Of a stretch of DNA of 38,836 nucleotides, positions 1 through 9,575 are shown piece by piece. The notes below the pieces were generated by a model. The model was not told the origin of the DNA. It searched no databases and saw only the letters and a list, made by a program, of their open reading frames with translations. The DNA comes from Candidatus Eiseniibacteriota bacterium (lineage in GTDB: Bacteria > Arandabacterota > Arandabacteria > Arandabacterales > Arandabacteraceae). The stretch spans positions 1 to 38,836 of the forward strand of contig JBDRNT010000015.1 of NCBI GenBank assembly GCA_043810925.1. Reading direction: 5' to 3'. The number at the start of each line of letters is the position of its first letter. The stretch's first letter is position 1. Both the position numbers and the translations under genes were made by a program.

Positions 1-669
1 CAACCGATCCTCGATGTAGGGCGCGATGTCACGGTTGAGATCGATCCGGCAGGCATACCGCGATCTGTAGTCACCCAGGTCGACGTCATATGTCAGGTCA
101 AAGAGAGTACTCTTGATGAGCAACGTATCAACCGAATCTGATAACGACCTCATGAAGCGCGTGCGTGCCCCGGTCAATGGGCGCTTCCTCAGCAATTGCT
201 CGACAGCCTCGCTTCCGAAATGAGGTTGCTTGAGATCGGCAACGGGCCGGAACTTCGCCTTTACGACAAAGTATCCCCGCGAGCGAAGCCGATCGGCAGA
301 TGCCCGGTCGGCCTCAACCACCGTGGACGACTGAGTGGTGTAGCGTACGGCGACCCCGGTTTCACCGGCCACATCCTCCGGCACTTCGCCCGGTACTATC
401 CATAACGGTACCCGGGGCTCAGAGCCGAGTATGGTCACTGCCCCGGCCGCCAGCAGGGTGCCGGCCCTGGGCTCGGGCAGGATGACGAGCAGAGCTTCCG
501 GTGAGATCACGAGGCCCGGATATGAATCCAGGTCGCTGCTCGTAAGCATGAGATCAAACGGTGCCACAGCAATCACCGAATCGGATTCGGCACAGCCTGC
601 ACCGCCCGCCCAGATGAGAGTCAGAAGCAGGATAGTCGACGCTGATAGTATGACCTTTGCCATCCTCAT
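1..669 (-). CDS. Secreted protein, probable M28-family peptidase (5' part; runs off the window edge)
   Basis: Hand-translated minus frame is open from ATG 669 to base 1 (absent from the ORF track). It begins MRMAKVILSASTILLLTLIWAGGAGCA (signal peptide) after a GAAAGGG RBS. The last visible residues SVDTLLIKSTLFDLT..RSRYA..YIEDRL resemble the start of M28 catalytic domains; metal ligands are not in the window. Confidence 0.55.
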   Translation of the reverse strand, partial: MRMAKVILSASTILLLTLIWAGGAGCAESDSVIAVAPFDLMLTSSDLDSYPGLVISPEALLVILPEPRAGTLLAAGAVTILGSEPRVPLWIVPGEVPEDVAGETGVAVRYTTQSSTVVEADRASADRLRSRGYFVVKAKFRPVADLKQPHFGSEAVEQLLRKRPLTGARTRFMRSLSDSVDTLLIKSTLFDLTYDVDLGDYRSRYACRIDLNRDIAPYIEDRL

Positions 670-703
670 TGCCCTTTCGGCTGAATTTCGATCATTGTTA
701 CCA

Positions 704-2596
704 TCAAATCTTCAGACTGTAGTAGAACATAAACGCCGATCTGTCGTCATCACTGCTGTAGGCCGTCCGTCCATACTTGGCAGTCAGGCCACCGAACGCC
801 TCTCCCCGAAGGGATACGATACTGTACCATCTTGTACCGTCACTTTTCAACATCTCCAGTGTGGGGTAGTAAGGGAGCCCCGGTTCATACTGGTATATTC
901 TCGACGCATAGTCACCTATTGTAAAGACACTGACACCGGCCTTGACCTCCGCGATCTTGCCGATACCGATACCGCCGTCGAGTCTGAGCAAGTCTGACGA
1001 AGAGCGCTCACGTCCTGTGCCTGCATCTGTTTCCGCGCGGAGTAACTCATAGCGCGCCCTCAGCCACATCGACCTCGTGACCTCATACCGAGCATCCAGC
1101 CGGCTCCTCAATCTCATCTTTTTCTCGGTCAAGTCGCCCTCGCCTTCCGGAGGAGTCTCACTTCTTAGAAGCTTCTCGCCAAGTGACAGGGTCAGATCAC
1201 CGGCGCTCCACTCGAGATTTAAGAAAGACTCCGAACCTGAAGGGTCCGAAACGGCTCCTTCCTTCCCGCGCTTGCGGTGGAGATCACTTCCGATGGCTAC
1301 CCGGCCGGCGGGAATGGGCTTGAGTGTGAGCTGCGCAAAGAGACCACGTTCACCGGTACCTACACCCGAATAGAAAGCGAAGGGTCTGGCATGAAGACTA
1401 AGAAACCTGTCATCGTAGAGCCTCCCCAGCATCAACAGGCTCACCGGTGACCTGTCAAAGGCAAGCCCGCCGAGCATGGCTTCCCGGCCTTCCCGCGTCG
1501 TCGCCACTTCCGCAAAGAGCATGCTTTCGCTGCCGGAAAGTGACAGGTCCACGCTCCCGACGAGGTTACCGTGCCGTGAGAGCGCCTCCGGCGTACCGCG
1601 GCTGAACTCCGGGCTGAAGTCCCGGCTGAAGTCCGCGTACGACAGGTTGGCCCTGATACCGAGCACGCCGCCGTCATAGTCCGCCGCAAACGCAAGCAGG
1701 TCCTCCCGAAGCGCATCCTCTCCCTCAAGGTCACTTGTACTCACATGGTAGCCTGTCTGTTTGAGCGTCTTGACCCTGCCATCCTCATCAAGACCGGCAT
1801 CGAAGTACGAGCGCGATACCGCAACACAGACTGCCAACCTCCGCCCTTCGAGCTTGAGTCCGGCTCCCTGCATCGTGAAGTTCTCATCAACCGAGGTGTA
1901 GGGCTTCAGCCGGAAATCACCCCGGCTGAATCGCCACGGGCTGACGGTGGATGGCGAATGCCCGTACGGGTTGGAAAAGACGAGACCGTGGCCGGAAGCA
2001 AGCGTGAAATTACCTGCGACTGCTTCCCCCCATCGCCATCGACCGGTAAGATAGTAAGATTGGAAATCATTGAGACTCGATTCATCCCTGTCCTTTTCAA
2101 CGACGAAACCGCCCTCCTGGTCGTTCCACCCTAGGCCGAACCGCAGGTAGGTCTTGTGCTTCCTGTAGGAGCTGGAAACAGGTGACGATATGATTCTCAT
2201 GCGGGCCAGACCGGTGACTGGTGACACCAGTTTTCTCGGCGACCGCACGGTCACGAAAGGCCGGAGGAGATCGACCATACGCTCGTCGATGCCGGCTATC
2301 TTTGTCAGGTCGTCCGGCGACCGCAACTCACCCGCCAAAGCGAGAGCCACTATGCGATCGGCAAGAAGCGGGCTTATCCACGGTAACCTGCTTATTTCTT
2401 CCCGGTCGGCATCGAGCAGATTGACGGGTTCCTTAACAGCTGCATCAAGCAGGTTGATCAGCTCAAGATAGTCTTCTTCATCTTCCACATCACCCAGCAT
2501 ATTCTCGAAAGGATCGACCGGCGTTGCCACCGCGACCGGTACGGCGGTCGCGACGGCACACACCACAACGCCGAGAGCCAGCGATTGAAGCCGCAA
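704..2596 (-). CDS. Helix-hairpin-helix (ComEA-like) domain outer-membrane beta-barrel protein
   Basis: Signal peptide, then PVNLLDADREEISRLPWIS..A..IV..SPDDLTKIAGI (ComEA-type HhH), then beta-strand-rich sequence ending FMFYYSLKI. TTG at 2596 chosen as start, just after the upstream stop; the ORF track start is 2641. Confidence 0.75.
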   Translation of the reverse strand: MRLQSLALGVVVCAVATAVPVAVATPVDPFENMLGDVEDEEDYLELINLLDAAVKEPVNLLDADREEISRLPWISPLLADRIVALALAGELRSPDDLTKIAGIDERMVDLLRPFVTVRSPRKLVSPVTGLARMRIISSPVSSSYRKHKTYLRFGLGWNDQEGGFVVEKDRDESSLNDFQSYYLTGRWRWGEAVAGNFTLASGHGLVFSNPYGHSPSTVSPWRFSRGDFRLKPYTSVDENFTMQGAGLKLEGRRLAVCVAVSRSYFDAGLDEDGRVKTLKQTGYHVSTSDLEGEDALREDLLAFAADYDGGVLGIRANLSYADFSRDFSPEFSRGTPEALSRHGNLVGSVDLSLSGSESMLFAEVATTREGREAMLGGLAFDRSPVSLLMLGRLYDDRFLSLHARPFAFYSGVGTGERGLFAQLTLKPIPAGRVAIGSDLHRKRGKEGAVSDPSGSESFLNLEWSAGDLTLSLGEKLLRSETPPEGEGDLTEKKMRLRSRLDARYEVTRSMWLRARYELLRAETDAGTGRERSSSDLLRLDGGIGIGKIAEVKAGVSVFTIGDYASRIYQYEPGLPYYPTLEMLKSDGTRWYSIVSLRGEAFGGLTAKYGRTAYSSDDDRSAFMFYYSLKI

Positions 2597-2598
2597 TT

Positions 2599-3390
2599 TC
2601 AGCCGCCCCTGAGGTGAAAAACGACTATCTCCGGTCTGCACAGGAACCGGAACGGGAAGATGCCCGTGCCGACACCCCTGGTGACACTGAGGTACGTGTG
2701 ATTCAGATTGAAGAGTCCGGCCATGTACTTGCTTCTGTTGGCATAGGGCACAAGACCGACGACGGCTGCAATCCCGATATGACCGCCGTGCGTATGCCCG
2801 GAAAAGACCATGTCCGCACCCAGATATTCAAGCTCCCGGAGGAGCCTGTCGGGATGAAAGTGGCTCATAACAAAAACAGGCTTGGTGTGTGTGATCCCCT
2901 CGAAGGCGTCTGCCGTGTTCTCACGGCCCGATACGGGGTCATCGATACCCACAAGCACGAACGGGCCGCAATCAACGTTCTCGTTCATGAGGATTCCGCA
3001 GTTGAGTGTGTCCCTCGTGATCCTTCCCCAACGCATCGCGCTCAGGATCTTCCCGTCGGCGTTACCGGGAACAAGATAGATACCATACCTCGCCCTCAGC
3101 TTTGCCAGGAAGGTCAAGCCACTCGACAACACGGCCCCTGAACTGAACAGATCACCCGTGATGAAGATGTAGTCGGGATCGATCTCCTCTATCCTCCTGA
3201 TTGTCTCGCGTTCCCTCCAGCCGAACCTATGCGTGTGGATGTCGGCGATCTGTACGATCGTGAGTTCCCTCACACCGAGACCGTCGATCGTGAGATCGTG
3301 CGTGGTCTGCGATATCCAGTACGGTTCGATAAGACCTGAGTAACACAGCAAAACGCCGAAGAGGATCAGGATGTAGAATCTTTTCTTCAT
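2599..3390 (-). CDS. Calcineurin-like metallophosphoesterase (YkuE/YaeI-like), membrane-anchored
   Basis: N-terminal TM plus IEP; motifs ADIH, TGDL, GNAD (canonical GNHD), SH, SGHTHGG, RGVG..P.R..C.PEI. Confidence 0.88.
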   Translation of the reverse strand: MKKRFYILILFGVLLCYSGLIEPYWISQTTHDLTIDGLGVRELTIVQIADIHTHRFGWRERETIRRIEEIDPDYIFITGDLFSSGAVLSSGLTFLAKLRARYGIYLVPGNADGKILSAMRWGRITRDTLNCGILMNENVDCGPFVLVGIDDPVSGRENTADAFEGITHTKPVFVMSHFHPDRLLRELEYLGADMVFSGHTHGGHIGIAAVVGLVPYANRSKYMAGLFNLNHTYLSVTRGVGTGIFPFRFLCRPEIVVFHLRGG

Positions 3391-3633
3391 AGCACTCCTG
3401 TAGTAGATGAGATGCTAACACAGCCTTGAGTATCCGGTCAACACGGGGCAGAGTGGAGGAATGGGTGGAGGTTACGGCGCGGGAACCTTCCACCCTTGTC
3501 ACCATCCCCCCAGTCTTATCATTACAAGTTCCGTGCCGGCCCGGTCTGCGGAGATAGACGACCGATTCCAAAATCTTCACAAACCTCATCAAACCGGTGT
3601 CGGTATCCTGACATGTGTGTCAGCGCCGGAACA

Positions 3634-4512
3634 CTAATCCCACGTCCATGCGCCGCCAAACTCGTGTGTCGCTCCCAGATCCGGCACCACGCTCGCGGCA
3701 ACATCGACCATCCCGTGTCCGAGACGCAGACCCACACCAAGGCAGAACTCCTGCGGGTAGGTCCTCAAGCCCGTTCTCAGGACGAGTCCGCCGGCGAATG
3801 ACCATTCCACACCGGTGGCAATACATGTCTGGTGACCACTCTCCTTTTGCACCTCGATGCCCCACCCGAGGCACCCTGCAACAGGAAAGCCAAGACCAAG
3901 CGTGATCGATGTTGGAAACATGTCGCCGCTTTCGGAAAGACCCAGTGCAAGAGGGTTCTTAAGCCCCACAGAGATGGTCATATTGTCCCGGACATCGGTC
4001 GCAAGACCCAGATCGCAAAGCCAAACCATATCCATCTGCTCCCCGTCGAATTTGACCGTTCCCAGTCTTACGACCGGAAGACACCGAAGCCTGCCGAGTC
4101 TGAAGCCATGTGAAATCAGAAAGGTCTCCTCAACGTATGAGAGGACCTTGAGTCTCTGGTACGATGTCGACAGTTGGTGCGTCTCATCCCCCAGTTGGAC
4201 AGATACCCAGATTGCCCCGAAATCAATCTCACTCATACCGAATGGTTTGAAACCGTAGCAACGGACCGAACCCGACCCGGCAGATCCCCAATCATCCCCA
4301 TAGAGCACGCTGTGTGTTCCCTCTACCCGGCCGAGAGCCAGACGCGTAGCGGCACCTCTTTCCGCAGGTGACACCGGATCGATTTCAAACGAGGCAAGGC
4401 AGACAGTCATCGGCAGCAGACCGATGGCCAGGAACATGCCGGCCAGGGTGATGGCTCCTGTGACGCCCGCCCGCCCGGATAACGTGTTGGCCTTCGCGCA
4501 TCGATTCATCAT
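3634..4512 (-). CDS. Putative outer-membrane beta-barrel protein (PorV/PorQ-like)
   Basis: Signal peptide; GVEW..LVLRTGL..G.G....VD.A....LG.TH pattern; aromatic C-terminus AWTWD; ATGA overlap with the upstream gene. Confidence 0.6.
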   Translation of the reverse strand: MMNRCAKANTLSGRAGVTGAITLAGMFLAIGLLPMTVCLASFEIDPVSPAERGAATRLALGRVEGTHSVLYGDDWGSAGSGSVRCYGFKPFGMSEIDFGAIWVSVQLGDETHQLSTSYQRLKVLSYVEETFLISHGFRLGRLRCLPVVRLGTVKFDGEQMDMVWLCDLGLATDVRDNMTISVGLKNPLALGLSESGDMFPTSITLGLGFPVAGCLGWGIEVQKESGHQTCIATGVEWSFAGGLVLRTGLRTYPQEFCLGVGLRLGHGMVDVAASVVPDLGATHEFGGAWTWD

Positions 4513-6215
4513 CGTCTTACCAGAACTGCGGGGGACCTGGCCCGGTAGGTCCTGTCCGAGGCTGTCGCCTTCGCTTCCAGGAGAACCAGGTAGGCCCCCA
4601 TTGCCTGACGTGATTCGTTGTCGTCCCTTCCATCCCAGAAGGTGGTCCGCGACGTCTCGACGACCTCGCCATCAATCAGCCTCTTTACAAGCCTTCCGCT
4701 TAGATCGAATATGCTCAGCCGCACGAGGCACGGCTCGCAGAGTCTGGCGGCGATCGCAAGCAGATCGTCTTGCCCGTCTCCATCCGGACTGAACGCCGAG
4801 GGACTCAGGGTGAGTATGCTGCCGTCTCCGGGAAGATGGAATGAGACGCTGTTCGCCCGGCCGGGGCTACCGCTCGTATTGCCATAGTGCGGGGACCAGT
4901 TCGATGAACTCGATGACGGTCCGCGAGGATCGATACGCTCGAATGATATACCGGGTCTGCTCCATCGCGTACGATAGGCGACGGAATCGACCATCGTGCC
5001 CCGGGCATCCCTGACAATGATCATGTCGGCGAAGTCAAGAGGACCATCGACGTCATTGAGCGTCGGCCAACCACCACTGGGTCTTAAGAAACATCCGCGG
5101 TCCAGGTCAGGATGTGCCACCGCGAATACCTCCACGTCCTCGACCAAGACCAGCATGTCGCCCCGTGAGAGCATAAGGTCATCCCCAACCAGCTTTCTCT
5201 TGGTCCCCCGGTGGTCTTCAAGTGTCCAATCCCGGATACTGATGCCTGAAGTACCGTGAGCGAAGATTTCTATCCACTCGCACTCGGTGCCAGTCGGTTT
5301 GAACATCACCTCGTTTATCACCACGGGGGGCGGCGGAAGCACTATGCTGGTTGACACGCTGTCGTTCCAGTGCCATCTGTCGAGGGCTTGCCTGTGCCAG
5401 ACACGGATCGTATGGAGTCCCTCTCCCGGATGGGGCAGTCGGACGACTACCTTGACTTGCTCTGAGGGCTCAAGGGCGTCCGGAACGTGGATACTGTCAA
5501 GGAGTGCCCCGAGTGCTGCGCTGACGGTCGCGTCGCCGCACACCTCGATCCCGCTGTTTACGAGCATGCAGGCGATATCGATATCCGCTCCGGAGGTTGA
5601 GGTGTACCGCGAGAGACCCGCCTTTTCGATCGCAAGGTCAAAGGGAGGATGATTGAAGTCGCCCGGTGACGGGACTTCGAGCAGGCGGAAGTCTTCGGAG
5701 TTAAGATCCCGATCCGACCCGTCCGGATCACGACCGATGCTCACACCCGAGTGTGCACACGTCGCGGGAGAACCTTCATAGTATTCCTCGTAGACGAGAT
5801 CTCCCCACCCGACCACATCCGCACTCCCGTCGGGGGCGACAAGCCGGCACCCGTCCGGTCCGTTTTGAAGATCGAGTGCCGTCACAAAGTCCGGAGGAGG
5901 CAATACGAGGTCCTCGCCGATGACGAAGAAACCACGAGCCTCTACGGTATCGGTCCCCAAACCCGTCCACTCGTGTTTCCACCGGTTCTCGTAGGCACCG
6001 TTTCCCGTCTCGAACATCCAGCCTTGAAGACACACCGGCTCGAGTGCGCAGTTGAACAGCTCTGCGAATTCGTACCCCGTGTCCGAGCCATCCGGATCAT
6101 AGAGCACTTCGTTTATCACAACACGCGGCTCAGCACCGATATCTGAAGACAAAGCCAGGAAAACAAGAGCGGCCAGTGAGGCCGCTACCAGCGGAACAAC
6201 TTGTCCTCGTCCCAT
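4509..6215 (-). CDS. Secreted lamin-tail-domain protein (two LTDs, Ig-like domain, C-terminal FlgD-Ig/T9SS-like sorting domain)
   Basis: Two VVINEV[LM]..P...E[FW].E repeats, SPG..N motifs, and C-terminal FSPDGDGQDD..IFDLSGRLVK..WDGRD...GAY. ATG 6215 follows GGAGG. Confidence 0.8.
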   Translation of the reverse strand: MGRGQVVPLVAASLAALVFLALSSDIGAEPRVVINEVLYDPDGSDTGYEFAELFNCALEPVCLQGWMFETGNGAYENRWKHEWTGLGTDTVEARGFFVIGEDLVLPPPDFVTALDLQNGPDGCRLVAPDGSADVVGWGDLVYEEYYEGSPATCAHSGVSIGRDPDGSDRDLNSEDFRLLEVPSPGDFNHPPFDLAIEKAGLSRYTSTSGADIDIACMLVNSGIEVCGDATVSAALGALLDSIHVPDALEPSEQVKVVVRLPHPGEGLHTIRVWHRQALDRWHWNDSVSTSIVLPPPPVVINEVMFKPTGTECEWIEIFAHGTSGISIRDWTLEDHRGTKRKLVGDDLMLSRGDMLVLVEDVEVFAVAHPDLDRGCFLRPSGGWPTLNDVDGPLDFADMIIVRDARGTMVDSVAYRTRWSRPGISFERIDPRGPSSSSSNWSPHYGNTSGSPGRANSVSFHLPGDGSILTLSPSAFSPDGDGQDDLLAIAARLCEPCLVRLSIFDLSGRLVKRLIDGEVVETSRTTFWDGRDDNESRQAMGAYLVLLEAKATASDRTYRARSPAVLVRR

Positions 6216-6276
6216 CCACCACCTCCACCATCTCAACATATGCCATAACCCGGCTCCGAAGTCAACCCCAAACCCA

Positions 6277-7340
6277 CTGGGGTCAGAGCTAAAAAAGTGA
6301 CTTCCCCTGGGGTCAGAGCTAAAAAGTTGCGCTGCCTGAGATCACAGAGGCATCCACATCTTCCAGAGACTGTCGATATTTCGGACGTGACTGGTATGAG
6401 TTATGCAATCGATCACACGCGGTATGGCTCGACCAATACGCATAGAGTTTCCCGGAGCTGTCTATCATGTAACGTCACGAGGCAACCAGAAGCAGCGGAT
6501 CTTCCTGAATCGGAGGGACTTCAGTTCGTTCCAGTCAGTACTCGCGACTGTTGTCGAGACGCACAAGTGGGTAGTCCACTCACACTGCCTCATGCCAAAT
6601 CACTACCACCTTCTACTCGAGACTCCGGAAGGAAAACTCTCAAAAGGAATGAAATATCTCAACGGCGTCTACGTTCAGGCCTTCAATAGAAGACATGAAC
6701 GTGTTGGGCATGCACTTCAGGGCAGATTCACTGCAATCCTCGTTGAAAGAGAAAGCTACCTCCTTGAGTTGTGTAGGTATGTTGTACTTAATCCGGTAAG
6801 GGCAGGTCTCGTTTCAAAGCCCGAGAACTGGACGTGGTCAAGCTATGCCGCCACCATGGGTCTTGCGCCAAGACCCCGCTTTCTTGAAATCGACTGGGTG
6901 CTGAGCCAGTTCGGTCGGGATGCAGGCAGTTCCCGCAAGGCGTACCAGAGATTCGTGCTGGCGGGGCTTAAAGGCGGTTCTCCCTGGGATGATCTCATTG
7001 GCGGTGTGCTCATGGGCCGTGAGAAGTTCATCGAGGAAATGCGTCCGCATTTCAAAGAAAAGGAATCAGACCGGGGTATCTCTCGTTCCGAGAGATTTGC
7101 CGCGCGCCCCTCGCTAGAGCGAATATTCAGGAGAGCACGAGTGTGGCCGAAATGCGAACGAGCAATCCGTGTGGCCCGCGAGGGCCATGGATACACACTT
7201 AAAGAGATTGCAGCATTCCTCGGGGTTCATCGGTCCCTCTTGATACGGGAACTCCGAAAATCCCAACCCGGCAAGAAATCCTGAGCACGCACCAATCGAG
7301 CTCTGACCCCCAACTTGTCACTTTTTTAGCTCTGACCCCA
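6277..7340. mobile_element. RAYT locus bounded by tandem REP-like inverted repeats
   Basis: Perfect 24-bp inverted repeat tggggtcagagctaaaaaagtgac (6278-6301) / gtcacttttttagctctgacccca (7317-7340), with inner second copies at 6307-6327 and 7299-7310, enclosing a Y1 transposase gene. Confidence 0.85.
6424..7284 (+). CDS. REP-associated tyrosine transposase (Y1_Tnp HUH family) with C-terminal HTH
   Basis: MARPIRIEFPGAVYHVTSRGN, HUH motif LMPNHYHLL, QGRF, catalytic-Tyr region RYVVLNPVRAG, WSSY, and C-terminal GYTLKEIAAFLG. Confidence 0.92.
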   Translation: MARPIRIEFPGAVYHVTSRGNQKQRIFLNRRDFSSFQSVLATVVETHKWVVHSHCLMPNHYHLLLETPEGKLSKGMKYLNGVYVQAFNRRHERVGHALQGRFTAILVERESYLLELCRYVVLNPVRAGLVSKPENWTWSSYAATMGLAPRPRFLEIDWVLSQFGRDAGSSRKAYQRFVLAGLKGGSPWDDLIGGVLMGREKFIEEMRPHFKEKESDRGISRSERFAARPSLERIFRRARVWPKCERAIRVAREGHGYTLKEIAAFLGVHRSLLIRELRKSQPGKKS

Positions 7341-7346
7341 AGGGGG

Positions 7347-8384
7347 TTAGAAGAAGCCGGTGACTTTTTGGCCGCAGTACTTGCACCTGTTGTCGGCGAT
7401 GTTGTTGGCGATCACGCTGAAATGATAGCGGCCTATCACGACATTCGAGCACTTGGGACAATAGGTGTTCTCGCCGGGATGCCCCGTCACGTTGCCGATG
7501 TAGACATAGAGCAGGCCGACATCCAGACCGATCTTCCGAACCCGATCGAGGGTTTCCAGGGGTGTACACGGGATGTCGGAGAGTTCGAGATAGGGGAGGA
7601 ACCGCGTAATGTGCCAGGGGGTCCTCTTGCCGAGTCGTGAGGCTATCCAGGTGGCGAGCCGTCCCAGCTCGATCTCGCCATCGTTGAGACCGGGTATCAC
7701 ATTGGTCACCACTTCCACGTGCATGTTCCACTTGCTCTTTGCCCTCAGCGTGTTCTCAAGAATGGGTTCGAAGTCGTCTACGCCGGCAACCTTCCGGTAA
7801 AAGTCCCGTGAGAAACCCTTGATATCGACCCTGAAGACATCAAGATAGGGCCCTACTAAATCAAGGGCCTCTTTGGTCATGTAGCCGTTTGTGACATAGT
7901 TGGTGTAGAGTCCAGCCTTTTTGGCCAGTTTGCCCACCTCGATCGTGTATTCAAGCCACATGGTAGGTTCGTTGTAAGTCCAGGATATGCCCTTACATCC
8001 TTCCTCCTTCGCGAGCGATATGACTCTCTCGGGCTCGACGTACTCGGTCTTCCCGCTCGGCACTTCGCATGGCTTGTCATGAGCGATCTCCCAGTTCTGA
8101 CAACCGCTGCATCGCAGGTTGCAGCCGAGACTGCCGAGCGACAGCCATTTCGATCCCGGCAGGAAATGGAAGACCGGCTTGGCCTCAATCGGCGCGATCG
8201 TCTTTGTGGATACCTCGCCGTGTGTGACAGCGTATACCCTGCCCCCGCGGTTCTTCCTCACGGAGCAGTGACCACAACCACCGTCGGCAATCACGCATCT
8301 GCGTTGACAGATACCGCACCGTGCGCTTCCATCCTGCAGGGTGTCATACAACACGGCTTCAATTTCAGGCATTGGCAGCTCCAT
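7347..8384 (-). CDS. amrS: AmmeMemoRadiSam system radical SAM enzyme (PFL-activase-like)
   Basis: N-terminal CxxCxxxC..G.C.VR.N; PIEAKP; GCNLRCSGCQNWEI; TYNEP; TNGY; YVYIGNV; C-terminal CPKC..CKYC. Confidence 0.9.
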   Translation of the reverse strand: MELPMPEIEAVLYDTLQDGSARCGICQRRCVIADGGCGHCSVRKNRGGRVYAVTHGEVSTKTIAPIEAKPVFHFLPGSKWLSLGSLGCNLRCSGCQNWEIAHDKPCEVPSGKTEYVEPERVISLAKEEGCKGISWTYNEPTMWLEYTIEVGKLAKKAGLYTNYVTNGYMTKEALDLVGPYLDVFRVDIKGFSRDFYRKVAGVDDFEPILENTLRAKSKWNMHVEVVTNVIPGLNDGEIELGRLATWIASRLGKRTPWHITRFLPYLELSDIPCTPLETLDRVRKIGLDVGLLYVYIGNVTGHPGENTYCPKCSNVVIGRYHFSVIANNIADNRCKYCGQKVTGFF

Positions 8385-8416
8385 CCAGCATGATCATCCG
8401 GTAAAACCCTCCACAT

Positions 8417-9310
8417 TTATCGGTGTTTCCCCAAACGGCCCGTGTCACGGCGACCTCGACGATGCTCCAGCACAACCTGACCCACGCTGTCCTTTCTCAA
8501 GAAACCGGCCTGGTCTATGAGCCCGGCAAATCCTCGTGCCGGAACTGCGGCGGAACAGAATTTCCCGCCGTGCTCTTTCGCAAGATAGATGCAGTTCCGG
8601 GCAAGCACCTTTATCGCCCCAGGATCGCCGTCGACGAAACCAAGCGTTGTCGATTCTTCATTCTCCTCATACGGATAGACGGCGACACCGCTAAGCCGGC
8701 CGGACCTTCTCATTACCATCACCCGACGTTGTCTGATGTATCCGGCCAGCAGATCCCTGCTCATCTCTCTGAAGATCCAGCCTTCGGCTATCTGACCCGA
8801 CGAGAGCCTGAGGAATCGTGATTGCATGATGAAGTCATAGACACGATCGGCATCACGCCGTGCCGCCAGATCACCCCTGGGTGTTCCCTTTCTTGATTTC
8901 CGCCAGTAATACCGAAAGCAGGCGATCGCCTCAAATCCGTACTTCTTCCCGATGCGGCGGCTGGCCCGGTTGTCGGCACCGGTACAGAAACGCATGAACC
9001 TGGGTTTGAACTTCTTCACCGTACGCATGACTTCCTCGTGCATGGCATCAGCAATGCCGGCGCGCCGAAACCCGGGATCGACTCTGAGGCCCTCAAGCCA
9101 GATCTCACCACGACCGAAATCGGTCACCTTGCCCAGCGCGACGGGCGCGCCTTCGAACTCGGCGACGATGAGTCTCCCCTTCGGGTCCCGAAGCCACCTC
9201 GACCATACTCTCGGAATGTAGTCACCATATTCGGGCCAGGTCTTCTTACAGAATTCGAAGACCGGCTCTCTGTCGCCGGCACGCGCATCTCTCAGCCGGA
9301 GTCCTTTCAC
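8417..9310 (-). CDS. GNAT-family N-acetyltransferase
   Basis: DYIPRVW, WLEGLRVDPGFRRAGIA (acetyl-CoA motif A), N.AS....K.GF. GTG start at 9310 follows AAGGAG. Confidence 0.8.
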   Translation of the reverse strand: MKGLRLRDARAGDREPVFEFCKKTWPEYGDYIPRVWSRWLRDPKGRLIVAEFEGAPVALGKVTDFGRGEIWLEGLRVDPGFRRAGIADAMHEEVMRTVKKFKPRFMRFCTGADNRASRRIGKKYGFEAIACFRYYWRKSRKGTPRGDLAARRDADRVYDFIMQSRFLRLSSGQIAEGWIFREMSRDLLAGYIRQRRVMVMRRSGRLSGVAVYPYEENEESTTLGFVDGDPGAIKVLARNCIYLAKEHGGKFCSAAVPARGFAGLIDQAGFLRKDSVGQVVLEHRRGRRDTGRLGKHR

Positions 9311-9341
9311 GAACGAGCTCCTTGTATCCGGACCGCCCCCA

Positions 9342-9575
9342 TCACTCCTTGCCCAGCAACTCCCCCAGGCGCTCCTTGTCGAAACCGACAACTATCTGCC
9401 CGTCGATGTTGATCACGGGTACTCCCCTCTGCCCCGATATCTTGAACATCTCATCCCTCTTGGCAGGATCGCTGGATACATCCGCATCCTGGAATGAGAC
9501 TCCCTTCTCGTCAAGATAGCTTTTGACCATCTTGCAGTAAGGGCAGGTAGGTGTGGAGTACACTATTACACTCAC
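9342..9575 (-). CDS. Glutaredoxin-like protein (YruB/NrdH family), probably with its own start
   Basis: VYSTPTCPYC..K.YL, GQRGVPVI, IVVGFD. Internal GTG at 9575 is preceded by AGAGGGGG. Confidence 0.85.
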   Translation of the reverse strand: MSVIVYSTPTCPYCKMVKSYLDEKGVSFQDADVSSDPAKRDEMFKISGQRGVPVINIDGQIVVGFDKERLGELLGKE

